Source: Stegostoma tigrinum
Taxonomy: Eukaryota
Assembly (NCBI RefSeq): GCF_030684315.1
Contig: NC_081387.1
Coordinates: 5,746,497-5,810,496 of the forward strand
Length of the DNA: 64,000 bases
Reading direction: 5' to 3'
How positions within the stretch are numbered: the stretch's first letter is position 1; the number at the start of each line of letters is the position of its first letter. Below, piece after piece: positions 38,710-50,871 of the stretch. The position numbers and the translations under genes were made by a program. A model generated the notes under the pieces. The model ran no database searches. It saw only the letters and a list, made by a program, of their open reading frames with translations, and had not been told where the DNA came from.

Positions 38710-39642
38710 AAATCCCAGAAAACAGTGTGGTAACATTCCCATTCTGTAATTGTAATTGGATTAGTCACTGCAGTAACTACAATATTTGGAATAATCATCT
38801 GGAAAAGACCCTGCAGAGGTAAAATTCAGAGAGAGAGGAATGTAAAACTGATGGGACCAGTTGAGTGTGGGGAATCTCCAGTACTAGGACCACAGGATAC
38901 TGTGTTGAATGGAACTAATTGAATTCCCACATAGAGATACACGCATATAAATATATCTTGTTCCCTATCTGATCTTTCAGGCCGGGTCTAATATTGTTCA
39001 TTGTGGTCACCACATCCTTACTGACTGAAAATCGATGGAATGGGAGAGATCTTCAGAGGCTCTGTAAAGTGTAAGCATGGAGGTGAGTGTGGGATTGAGG
39101 ATTTCTTTCACAATCATCATTCCCTCACACTCATTGTGTTCTCACTCTCTAAGAATGGATTATTCCCCATTCTAATGGACATTTATTTCTGCAGATTCAC
39201 CAAGTGGGACCAAGCAACAACTCACAGTAAGTGCCTGAGGGGAATGTTGGGAATGAATCAGAAAAGTTTGAAAAAGATATAGCAATATGTTCACCTGGGA
39301 GTTTCTCAGGATGACACATGTCCACTCCCCTCATCTCCAATCCCTCAACCCCCAATCTCTTATCATACACATCCCGATACCCCTACTTCCTCCCTTTCCA
39401 AAGTGCCCTCATTAATCCCTCACTCTCCATTCCTTATCCCCCACTCCTTTACCTTAAAAGCCCTCAATCCCCACTCATTCACCATCCACTTCTGCACTGT
39501 TCTGTTAATGTTGACAAAGATTCTTTCTCATTCGCTGGATACAAGATACAATGTCACACTGTAATTTTATATTTTGCTCCATTTCACACATTCTGTTTTA
39601 ATTTTCTCAGATTCTGATGTCTCCGTTCAAGGTCATTCATGA
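38710..39642 (+). pseudogene. MHC class I-like TM exon (38710-38818) and cytoplasmic exons (39195-39226, 39611-39642)
   Basis: AG/GT-bounded exon encoding SVIVIGLVTAVTTIFGIIIWKRPCR (frameshifted); 32-nt exon; last exon SDVSVQGHS*; inverted homology with 43650-45130. Confidence 0.75.
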
Positions 39643-41619
39643 TCCTGTAAGAGATATTTTAGCTTTCCTCCACTGAGATATTTTTAAGAATTTCACTCCC
39701 CTCCTGAGCCTGCCTCTCCCTCCCAGACACTGTTAAAACCTGTCAGACTAATTTCACTCCCCTCCACACATTGAAGTGATACCCTTTTGTCTGTCCATTT
39801 CTTATCTTGTGGGTTTCCTCGGTGCTATTGCAGCACTTTCCTGGAGTGTCACTGAGGGATAGTGGGATTCTCCTGCTCCAGGGTGAACATGTCACTGCAG
39901 ATACTCAGATTTACAACTCTTTGTTCACACCCAGTTCTTTGAGGATTGAGATTGCTTTTTCTTGGGTTTGTGTTTCCACAGATTGCTCAGTGGATCCATA
40001 GTTTTGGATCTTGATTCTTCAGGTTGGACCTTCTCAAGTCATGCTTTCATCGCATCTCAGAAATGTGAGCAGTGTCACCATCAGAGGGATCTTCATGGAT
40101 GGTTTCTCCCTCACTTTCTCATCTTCACTGGCCTCAGTTGGTCAATGATTTACTGGAAATGAAGCAATTGTCCTGAAGTGACTCAGAGGCATATTTCATA
40201 TTATAAGAAATAGGTCAATTTTGCACTTTGTGTCAACGATTTTAGTGATCATGTACATATATGTATAAATTTTGCAACTTTCTTTTTTATGTTGACAAAA
40301 ATCTCTATTTATTTGCTACTATTTTCTATTTATTCAATTTTAAGCTGAACAGATGTGTTTTGAAATCAAAGTAACCATTGTGAATTCTTGTTCGATGAAT
40401 ACATTTTCTAACTGGGGCTTATTTACATAGGCAAATAACTGTTACTGCTTGTCATGAGCGTTTAACTACAAATACCAATAATTGTGGTTGGTAATTAATA
40501 AATAATTGTTTCGGGTTGATTTTGAGCATATTCTTCTTCAATTAATTCACAAGAAAGGGTTAATTCATTCAGTCAGTAGCTTGTGGCTCTTGGGATCAGC
40601 AGTTGTTGAGCTTCAATTCAATGTCAACTGGGGGAGTTAAGACCATTCAACTCCCCAACACCTTTCCCCAAACCAACCAGGAAGCACAAAGTGATGTTTA
40701 TATGTTGTGTGTTTAGAGTTCGGTGGTTTTTAATATCTTGGAGTGTTCATTCCCTGGGGGTGGAGTGTCCTTTCTGAAGGATCTGAATGAGTGTGAACAG
40801 AGGGCCAGGGAGTTGCTGGGAATCAGAAATACATCACTAACTGGTGACCAAGCCAGGATTGGATTGAGGAAAGGCCAGGGTCACCAGCTGAATGTTTCAA
40901 CCGGGTTTGAGCACACGGGCCTCTGGGATGTGACAGATGAAGAGGAATCTTATTGCCAATGTTTTCCTCTGACAGGTGTTGTCTTTAGACACACCGGCTG
41001 GAGGTGGTGGGGGGCAGTTAGTTGTGAGGTGGTTAGGGTCAGCAGTCAAGGGAGTTCAACGGAGACCTGGAGCAGTCACTGAGCCCCAGGTCACAGAGGG
41101 AAGTGAGACGGTAACTGAACTAGAGGGGGAAGGGGAGTGACATCCAGATGAACAGGAAGGTGAGCACCTGGGGTGAGAGGGCAGGTGATGTGGCACTCTC
41201 ACTCCTGTCCTCATGCTGCACCTTCAGGGTTAAAATGTGGGGAGTGTCCTGAGCCTGGGATGATAATCAGATCACCAGCTCTCTGTCTCCAATCCCCTCT
41301 TGGTCTGAGGGAAGCACAAAGGACAACTATGAAGATGATGGTGTGGGGTTACTAGGAGAGTGTGTGATAAACTAGTCTGATCTGTCGAGGACCGAGGAAC
41401 CTCCAACAGTTCAAGGACTCACTCCGTGATCTTCAGTGACACAGGGACCACCTCAGGCCCATGGTGACACTGTCCTGGAAGAGATGTTCATTCCTCACCT
41501 GAGGAATGGCCTGGTGGCTCAACATGACAAGCACCTTGACTCTCTGCACTTGAGCAGAGATGAGAGAGTTTCATACAAGGGCTTCTCAACAGCTGGGCCT
41601 TTGGAGAAAAAACATTCCG

Positions 41620-41780
41620 GAATCATCCCACAGTCCAAAGATATGCAGATTAGGTGGATTGACAGTGTTAAAGTGACCATTGTGTCCTGGGGATGGGTCT
41701 GGGTGGGATGTTCCTCGAAGGGTTAGTGTGAACTTGATGGACAAAGTGGCCTGCTACACCACTGCAAGGATTCTATGAAG
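41620..41780 (+). mobile_element. HE1/V-SINE-like 3' fragment
   Basis: cccacagtccaaagatatgcagattaggtggattg core; CR1-like ggattctatg tail. Confidence 0.7.
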
Positions 41781-42183
41781 TTGCCATTATTCAGCGCTGT
41801 CTGGCACAAATATCCTGTAAAGTCTATTTGCTGCTGAACTAAAATATGCCTTGTTTTCCTCTCCATCTCCAGAGCTCTTCTGTCTGATTTCCTAGGGGAG
41901 GGAGAGGGATTTTCTCCATATCAATGTCCAAATCCATCAGCCCCCAGCTACACTCAAGCTGCCCGGCTTTTAACAATCCAATTATGCTCTTCACTGTGTG
42001 ACATGTTGAAGAGCCTTTTACCTTAAAATATTGCAAGTCAGGTAACTTGATGTGAAATCCAATTTACATTTAAAGGTTTTAGCAAGATCAAACTTGATAA
42101 AACTTCTTTTATGTTATATCAGGAAAAAAAAACTTGATAAGAAAGTCACGTGTATTTCTGTATATTGTAAAGGCTATTTCAAT

Positions 42184-42189
42184 TTTATT
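42184..42189 (-). terminator. Candidate poly(A) signal of the minus-strand class I gene
   Basis: AATAAA on the minus strand about 1.5 kb after the last exon, in an AT-rich tract. Confidence 0.35.
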
Positions 42190-42834
42190 AAAAACAGCAA
42201 TTAAATAAAATCCATTGAAAAGTCAGATAATCAGACTAAAACTTTACAACCAATTGCAAAATCAGATACATTTCAACATTTAAATGAACAAACTCTCTGA
42301 TCTGGAAGTTCCATTCTGCTGGTGTTTCTGGAAAGATGGAACTGGGATATGCTCCTGGATAAAGCAACCCAAAGATTACTCAGTGAAACACCAACATCAG
42401 CTCAGGGAACTGAGCCTGAATTCTTGTGTCACACACCCCACTGTTAGAGCAGTGAAAACCTGTTCAGAGCCAAATAGTGTGTGATGGAAATAGGAATCAC
42501 ATATTTAGACCATAATCTGAAATGCAATCACTTAGCCCTGAGCTTCCTGACACTGCCAATGAAGATCAGGTGATTAAACAAGATCCTGACACCAAAATTC
42601 ATTTAAAAGCTGAGCTGTTAGGTACTGAAGCATAGCTGTCACGGTTCCAGTGTCAGAGGATCCAATCCTGAAGCTGATCTTTTCAGGAATATTTCAGGGT
42701 GAACAGTAGGATGATAAAGTTTACTGAAAAGCAAGACAGAGGTTTGTCATTGGGGAAGTTATTGACATTGAGAAAGTATGAGGAGAACCTTCCTTGAAGA
42801 CCTCTTCGACATTGCTGACACTGGATGGAAACAC

Positions 42835-43098
42835 CGGGGAAGGCAATGGCCTATAGTGTTTTCACTGGACTGTTAATCCAGAAACGCAGAAAATGTTCTG
42901 GGGATCTGGGTTCAAACCCTGCCATGGCAGGTGGTAGAGTTTGAATTCAATAAATATTTGGAATTAAGAAGCTAACAATGACTGGGAATCTAATGTCAAT
43001 TGTTGGATGTACCCATCTGGTTCACTAATGTCCTTCAGGGGAGAAACTGTCATCCTTACCTGGTCTAGTCTACATGTGACTCCAGACCTACAGCAATG
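42835..43098 (+). mobile_element. tRNA-derived SINE with L2-type tail
   Basis: Box A/B-like tggcctatagtg and gggttcaaaccc; tggttcactaatgtccttcaggg..catgtgactccagacc. Confidence 0.7.
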
Positions 43099-43652
43099 TT
43101 CCTGAGGAAGGGTGGCCAGATCTGAAACTTTAATTCTGTTTTTTCCTTTGCAGATGCTGCCAGACCTGCTGAGCTTTTCCAGCCGCTTTGCTTTTGTTCC
43201 TGAATTACAGCATCCACAGTTCTTTGGGCTTTTATTAAGATCTTGATCGGTTTTGACAGGTGTAGATTTGGACAGGATGGTCACCCATTTGTGAGAAAAT
43301 GCTTTTCCTTACCTCTGTCCTAAATGGGTGGCCCCTTGTTTTGAAATATCGACTCCTAGCTTCAGATACTCTTATAAGAGGAAACGTCCTCTCTTCAAAA
43401 TGCGATTGAAGCAGAATATTTGAGTATTTTTAAGACAGAGTTCGATAGATTCTTCATAAACAAGAGGATGAAAGGTTTTCATGGGTAGTTGGGAATATGC
43501 AGTAATCAGATCAACCATGATCTTACTGAAAGTCAGAGCAGGCTTTAAGGGTCAAATGGCCTACTCCTGACCCTATTTCCTTTGTTCACATGAATGTAAT
43601 GAGAGCAATGGGGCAAACGCTGAAAATTACAATTGGATCCATATCAGAAAAA

Positions 43653-43705
43653 TCAAAATGTCACTGATTGAATCATGGAGGAAGCTGGAACTGAGACTTC
43701 AGAAG
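43653..43705 (-). pseudogene. Class I last cytoplasmic exon
   Basis: ttttctcag acceptor; SEVSVPASSMIQSVTF*; paralogous to SDVSVQGHS* at 39611. Confidence 0.6.
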
Positions 43706-44456
43706 CTGAGAAAATAAAAACAGATTGTAAGTACTGTAATAGAACATAAAAACAGAGAGTGTGAGATATTCCCTATCATTGCCTGGGCCCAGGATTCAAT
43801 CAACTTCCCAACCTTAACTAAACAGACTCCCACAGCACAGAGGGAGTGGAGAGTGAGGGTCCCAAGTGAACCTCACAGTATTATCCCCAGGAGAATGTGA
43901 TTCTACACCTTCCAATTCCGTCTAATCATTCCCAACACTGTTCCCTCTTTTTTGGTTCTTATTTAGTATTTAACCCACTGCCACATTTCTTCCAGGCATG
44001 CCCACCTTGAAGAAGTTCTGCTCCTCACTCCGACGGGATTTACGTTCCAATCTCTCTTCTTGCCCACAAACTTTAATTTTACTCTCACTCCTGGTGTTTG
44101 ACCAGATATTTGCCAAAACTCATTTCCACAGCCAAATCACATTCTTCAGTGACTGCCTCTGGGTCAGACTCACCCGACGTGGATTCCATCTCAAGTTTCA
44201 TCCCTCATGTTTTGAATCCTTCCAGGATCACAGATATCTCCATGATGTTCAAGGTTCCATGGACAGCTGCTCTCACCACATCCTGAGATCCACACTCAGT
44301 GCCATGCGGCGTCATCACATGTATACTCTTAACCTGTTCTGAGGAAGGGCCACCGGACCTGAAACATTAACTCTGTTTTGTCCACCACAGATGCTGCCAG
44401 ACCTGCTGAGCTTTTCCAGCAACTTTGTCTTTGTTCCTGTTCCCTCAGTTACTTAC

Positions 44457-44489
44457 TGTGAGCTGTTGTGTCGGTCCCATTTGGTGAAT
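44457..44489 (-). pseudogene. Class I 33-nt cytoplasmic exon
   Basis: DSPNGTDTTAH; GTAAGT donor; acceptor reads CTG instead of CAG. Confidence 0.6.
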
Positions 44490-44815
44490 CAGCAGAAAAA
44501 AAATAAATGTCCATTAGAATAATCGATTCTCTGAGAGTGAGAACACAACAAGTGTGAGGGAATGGAGACTGGTATTCAGTCAGTGAGGATGTGTGCGTGC
44601 GTGGTGGATTTAATGATCAATATTAGACCTGGTCTGGGCCAATCACACAAAGGGAAAATCAGACAGGGAGCAAGGTGTGTTTATATATGTGTATATGTGT
44701 GTGGGAATTCAATCAGTTCCATTCAGCACAGTGCCCTGTACTTCCAATACTGGACGTTCCCCCGCACACTCACTCTGTCGCCATAGTTATACATTAGCCT
44801 CTCCCTGTTTCTTAA

Positions 44816-44935
44816 CTATCCATGGACTTTTCCAAATGATTATTCTGATTATCCCAAAAATAACAGCCAGTAGAATGATTACTGATGAAATGACACTTCT
44901 AAGATGGGAGTGTCCTCAGTTGTTTTCCAATATTT
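44816..44935 (-). pseudogene. Class I transmembrane exon
   Basis: tgtttcag acceptor; EILENN*GHSHLRSVISSVIILLAVIFGIIRIIIWKSPWI; donor reads TTAAG. Confidence 0.75.
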
Positions 44936-45309
44936 CTGAAACAGAATGGAGTAATGTCAGGGTTGTCTCTGTTTCCAGATCCATTCTAGGCTCTGTGTTG
45001 ATTGGGGAAAGTTTTAACTGACCCCACCCATTGAAAATTGATGGGATTAGTTGAAATGCTGGTTTGACCCTCACCTGATTTCACTCTCCGGTGTAGTCAC
45101 TAAAGATCCCATTGATGGGAGTATACACTGCGTTGCCCCAATCCTGGGGGTTACCTTCCCAGACAGTTCAGTTCTCATTCTCCCCGATGTCCCTGTGTGC
45201 CGCTCTTGCTCAATACCCAGGGTAAAAATGGACAGCCCGGGGGCAGCATCACTGGATAGTTTTCACATCAAACTTCAAAGCGATGGGGAACAAAATGACT
45301 GCAGTAAAG

Positions 45310-45522
45310 TGATAACAAAGTGTGAAGCTGGATGAACACAGCAGGCCAAGCAGCATCTCAGGAGCACAAAAGCTGACGTTTCAGGCCTAGACTCTCTGAT
45401 GAAGGGTCCAGGCCCGAAACATCAGCTTTTGTGCTCCTGAGATGCTGCTTGGCCTGCTGTGTTCATCCAGCTCCACACTTTGTTATCTCGGATTCTCCAG
45501 CATCTGCAGTTCCCATTGTCTC
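45310..45522. mobile_element. Fold-back Penelope-terminus insert (cleanest example)
   Basis: About 75-bp inverted arms, central CTGATGAAGGGTCCAGGCCCGAAAC, extra tail; TGA(C/T)TGCAGTAAAGTGA at 45296-45312 and 45523-45539. Confidence 0.88.
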
Positions 45523-47513
45523 TGATTGCAGTAAAGTGAGCTCACTTTGTTCAATTTTGTAAGGTTATAAAGTTCCAATCAATGCTCTGAAGGTGTAGTG
45601 ATAGTGTCTCTATGCCTGAGCCAGAGGAGAAAATACTGGAGTACTCAGCAGTTTGAGTAGTTTCAATGGAGAGGGAAATGTTCATAAGTTGAAGAGATTT
45701 ATATTGGAAGTGAAACTTTGATTTTGTTTCTCTCTTTCCACCAATGATGCCAGACCAGCTGAGTTTCTGCAGGATTCTCTTTCTTTGAATAAGAAGTCAA
45801 ACTAAGATTGCTTTATCAGCTAAAGTTGCAAAATTGGTGCTTCTTACAGAAGACGGGGGACGCAAAATTAACATATTATAGGGTTCTGAGGAACATGCAA
45901 TCTTCCTGAAAGCTTATGGACATTTTAATGATAGAATTGTGAAAACAAAATTGGTTTTTACCAACTTCAGCACACATCCAGAGAGGAAAGATGTACAATG
46001 AGAACTTATCAGATCCTGCTTCATGCACAAAATGTGAGACAGCTAGATCAACAGTTTGCCTAGAGTCGGTGAGAGATGATGCCACAGTCAATTAGAACAG
46101 AGCGCATGAAGGCTGCACTGAATTGAGTTCTAACTTTAACTGGACTGAGTTTTTTTTTAATCAATCTGTCCAGGAATACTATGGCACAGCTCTAGGGCAG
46201 GTGGGGCTTAAACCCAGGCTTCTGGCTCAGAAGTGGAGACACTACCACTGTGCCACAAGAGCCCTTATCACCTTTTTTAATGCTTTGTGCAGACCCTGAA
46301 AGATTTTAATAAATCCTTTGGAATTGTTTCAACTCATTTGCATTGTTGAGGAGACACCCATAGGCTTGGTCATAAACAGGTCTTTGGTCTGGATTTAAGG
46401 GAAACAACATTTCATTTTTGTTGACTGAGTATTGAGGCAAATGACAGTTCAGGCACTGCTACAAAAGAAGCACGATGGTACAATCCACCAAGAGCTTAAT
46501 CAAAAGCGACTGCAATGGGCCAAGGCATGGCCAGGGCTTGAAGTAAGTGAGCGAATCCTGCTCAAAGAATTGCTCCCAGAACTGTCCAGAGATTGAGGGA
46601 CAAACACTGAGACAAGTCTCAGCTGATCAAAGAAAGAGTGGTTGGATTTGTGTAAGTGAAAACTGAGGTGTTAAGCTGGCAGTGAAATTGCTCTTGAATT
46701 GAGTATTTGCAAAAAGATAGCCTCGGAAAGCAAGATGAAATTTGTTTTAATATAAAGCAAAGAACCACGGATACTGCAGATCTGAAACAGAAGCAGAAAT
46801 TGCTGGAGAAACTCAGCAGATCTGGCAGCATTGGTGGAGAGAAAGCAGAGTTAACATTTTGAGTCCAGTGACCCTTCTGAAGAAAACTCTGCTCTTTCTC
46901 CACTGATGCTGTCAGACCTGCTGAGTTTCTCCAGCAATTTCTGTTTTCGTTGAAACTTTGTTTTGTTGTTTGTGTTAATATCTTTCTGTCTCAGTCATCC
47001 AAATTTTGTTTCTGTTTCTTGTGTGTAATAAGATTGTGTTCTATTTATAGGTGATCTGTGGGCTCATGTGAATACGTTTCGGCCTGTATCCAGCACTATA
47101 AATGATAAAAATGTTAAGAACATGATCCATCAAGTCAGATTTCCTTTTAGGATATAACCTGTCCAATAGCTCAGATCATAATAACACATTGGTTTGTCCT
47201 TCATATTTAAGGGGAATTCAGTTCGGATAGAGATGAAGAGAAAATTCTGACAAACAGATATGTGAATCTTTGAAACTTTCCTACCCAGGGCTTTGCAAAT
47301 GTTCACTGTGGAATATCCTTAAGCCTAGGACCGTGAGGTGTTTAGGTTACTCAGGGAATCAAGGCTCCTTAGAAGTAGAGAGGCAAGAGAATTCAATGAT
47401 GACGACCAGCCACAAACATGTTGAATACCAGAGTAGACTAAATTGTGTACTTTGAATCTCTATGATGCTAGATGAAATTGTGATGACGAACTCTATAAAT
47501 TCATTGAATGGTG

Positions 47514-47664
47514 NNNNNNNNNNNNNNNNNNNNNNNNNNNNNNNNNNNNNNNNNNNNNNNNNNNNNNNNNNNNNNNNNNNNNNNNNNNNNNNNNNNNNNN
47601 NNNNNNNNNNNNNNNNNNNNNNNNNNNNNNNNNNNNNNNNNNNNNNNNNNNNNNNNNNNNNNNN
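47514..47664. other. Assembly gap (N run)
   Basis: Direct reading; it covers the end of the alpha3 exon. Confidence 1.
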
Positions 47665-47934
47665 TAGAACTTAGGCTGTGCCAGGCTGCTGTGTTCAATT
47701 TGACAGGAATATTGATCCTCATCTCCAACACTGATTTCAATAATTTTATGGATCTGATGAGTGTCATCATGGTCGTTTGAACCCCTGAGGATTGTATCTC
47801 AGACATGAACTCTCCATTCCTTAGCCAGGTCACCTCGATGCCTACAGGATAAAATCCAGTGTCCAGGCAGGAGAGAGTGAGCGGCTTGTCCTGACGATTG
47901 GGCTCACTCCTGGAGATGAACACTTCAGGCTGAA
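47665..47934 (-). pseudogene. MHC class I alpha3 (Ig C1-set) exon
   Basis: VQPEVFISR..LTLSCLDTGFYPVGIEVTWLRNG..SSGVQ, then a -1 frameshift, then HDDTHQIHKIIEISVGDEDQYSCQIEHSSL. Confidence 0.93.
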
Positions 47935-48136
47935 CTGTGATGGGAAAGGGTGAGAACACAAACAATAGACAGCCTCTGAATGGAATGGGACAGCAGTTAC
48001 ATAGATCAGTGAGGTTAGAGCAGAACATGGGATCAAAAACTTTGTAAAGACTGCATTGTTTGTATCATTATATCTCTATAAACTGTGGAGTGTAAGGAGA
48101 AAGAACAGTTTTTAAAAACAGGAACTTTCCAGGACA

Positions 48137-50194
48137 ATGATAATAAAATGTGAGGCTGGATGAACACAGCAGGCCAAGCAGCATCTCAGGAGCACAAAAG
48201 CTGACGTTTCGGGCCTAGACCCTTCATCAGAGAGGGGGATGGGGAGAGGGAACTGGAATAAATAGGGAGAGAGGGTGAGGCAGACCGAAGATGGAGAGTA
48301 AAGAAGATAGGTGGAGAGAGTGTAGGTGGGGACGTAGGGAGGGGATAGGTCAGTCCAGGGAAGACGGACAGGTAAAGGAGGTGGGATGAGGTTAGTAGGT
48401 AGATGGGGGTGCGGCTTGGGGTGGGAAGAAGGGATGGGTGAGAGGAAGAACAGGTTAGGGAGGCAGAGACAGGCTGGGCTGGTTTTGGGATGCAGTGGGG
48501 CTAGGGGAAGAGCTGGGCTGGTTGTGTAGTGCAGTGGGGGGAGGGGGCGAACTGGGCTGGTTTTGGGATGCAGTGGGGGAAGGGGAGATTTTGAAGCTGG
48601 TGAAGTACACATTGATACCATTGGGCTGCAGGGTTCCCAAGCGGAATATGAGTTGCTGTTCCTGCAACCTTCGGGTGGCATCATTGTGGCAGTGCAGGAG
48701 GCCCATGATGGACATGTCATCTAAAGAATGGGACGAGGAGTTGGAATGGTCCGCGACTGGCAGGTGCAGTTGTTTATTGCGAACCGAGCGGAGGATGTTC
48801 TGCGAAGTGGTCCCCAAGCCTCCGCTTGGTTTCCCCAATGTAGAGGAAGCCACACCGGGTACAATGGATACAGTATACTACATTAGCAGATGTGTAGGTG
48901 AAACTCTGCTTGATACGGAAAGTCATCTTGGGGCCTGGGATAGGGGTGAGGGAGGAGGTGTGGGGGCAAGTGTAGCATTTCCTGCGGTTGCAAGGGAAGG
49001 TGCCGGGTGTGGTGGGGTTGGAGGGCAGTGTGGAGCGAACAAGGGAGTCATGGAGAGAGTGGTCTTTCTGGAAAGCAGACAAGGGTGGAGATGGAAAAAT
49101 GTCTTGCGTGGGGGGGTCGGATTGTAGATGGCGGAAGTATCGGAGGATGATGCGTTGTATCCGAAAGTTGGTGGGGTGGTGTGTGAGGACGAGGGGATCC
49201 TCTTTGGGCGGTTGTGGCGGGGGCGGGGTGTGAGGGATGTGTTGCAGGAGACGCGGTCAAGGGCGTTCTCGACCACTGTGGGGGGGAAAGTTGCGGTCCT
49301 TGAAGAACTTGGACATCTGGGATGTGCGGGAGTGGAATGTCTTATCGTGGGAGCAGATGCGGCGGAGGCGGAGGAATTGGGAATAGGGGATGGAATTTTT
49401 GCAGGAGGGTGGGTGGGAGCAGGTGTATTCTAGGTAGCTGTGGGAGTCGGTGGGCTTGAAATGGACATCAGTTACAAGCTGGTTGCCTGAGATGGAGACT
49501 GAGAGGTCCAGGAAGGTGAGGGATGTGCTGGAGATGGCCCAGGTGAACTGAAGGTTGGGGTGGAAGGTGTTGGTGAAGTGGATGAACTGTTCGAGCTCCT
49601 CTGGGGAGCAAGAGGCGGCGCCGATACAGTCATCAATGTACCAGAGGAAGAGGTGGGGTTTGGGGCCTGTGTAGGTGCGGAAGAGGGACTGTTCCACGTA
49701 ACCTACAAAGAGGCAGGCAGAGCTGGGGCCCATGCGGGTGCCCATGGCCACCCCCTTAGTCTGTAGAAAGTGGGAGGAGTCAAAAGAGAAGTTGTTGAGG
49801 GTGAGGACGAGTTCAGCTAGGCGGATGAGAGTGTCGGTGGAGGGGGACTGGTCGGGCCTGCGGGACAGGAAGAAGCGGAGGGCCTTGAGGCCATCTCCAT
49901 GCGGAATGCAGGTGTACAGGGACTGGACGTCCATGGTGAAAATGAGGTGTTGGGGGCCAGGGAATTGGAAGTCCTGGAGGAGGTGGAGGGCGTGGGTGGT
50001 GTCACGGACGTAGGTGGGGAGTTCCTGGACCAAAGGGGAGAAAATGGAGTCCAGATAGGTGGAGATGAGTTCGGTGGGGCAGGAGCAGGCTGAGACGATG
50101 GGTCGACCCGGGCAGGCAGGTTTGTGGATTTTGGGAAGGAGATAGAAACGGGCCGTGCGGGGTTGGGGAACAATGAGGTCGGAGGCTGTGGGTG
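48137..50194 (-). mobile_element. Penelope-like retroelement (RT + GIY-YIG endonuclease), 5'-truncated
   Basis: FYLLPKIHK..GRPIVS, MDVQSLYT, GVAMGT, YIDD; NVVYCIHCTRCGFLYIGETKR; 16-bp TSD GGAACTTTCCAGGACA at 48121-48136 and 50195-50210. Confidence 0.95.
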
Positions 50195-50871
50195 GGAACT
50201 TTCCAGGACAGTTGCATAATGTCACAAGGAAATTGATAGCTGCATGTTTCTGCAATGTGCAGATGATCAGGAATCGAAGAATCATTTACCAGTTAAGCTG
50301 ATCTGTTTTTAATTACCTTAGCAGGTCAGAAGTTACGCAGACACAGCTATAGAGAGAGACACACATGTAGAAGAATGGTTTGATGCTCTCCCCAGCTGAA
50401 GCTACCTGTTTTCAACAGTCCAAAAACAGCTCATTTTAAACTTGAAGAAAACCAGTTACCTTTCCCACTGTGTTTGCTGTGGGCTATGACTTTTGAAGTG
50501 AGAAATCAGGGACATTTACGAAGTGAATGAGTCACTCTGTACTTCTAACAATCTATTGGTAACATCCAGAGAAATACAACTGAACTCCAGTGTCTGGCTC
50601 ATTGACGTAGAATGATATCAACATCGGAATCAGAAAGCAAAACCTACTGAACTGACTTTCCAGATATTCTCTACCTCCTTCAAAGATCTATTTTTCCTAT
50701 TTGTCTAGCTATGTGTGTTTCAAGGATTAATGGGTTAGAGTTTTAGTTACTTATATACCAATAGTCAGTAATAGCCTGATTACTTGTGATAAGTAATAAT
50801 TCTAGGTTTGCCCAGAAACATGATCCATGCTTTCCATAAGAGACAGTAAGAGCTGCTGTTGCTGGAGTCAG

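Noticed and set aside
42835-42925. tRNA gene
   Set aside because: Only box A/B remnants in a SINE head; no cloverleaf
43990-44330. Possible extra class I alpha2-like exon
   Set aside because: All three minus-strand frames have stops and lack class I motifs
49257-50285. 342-aa ORF as an intact gene
   Set aside because: 5'-truncated Penelope RT; the first ~30 aa come from flanking DNA and the 3' end is frameshifted
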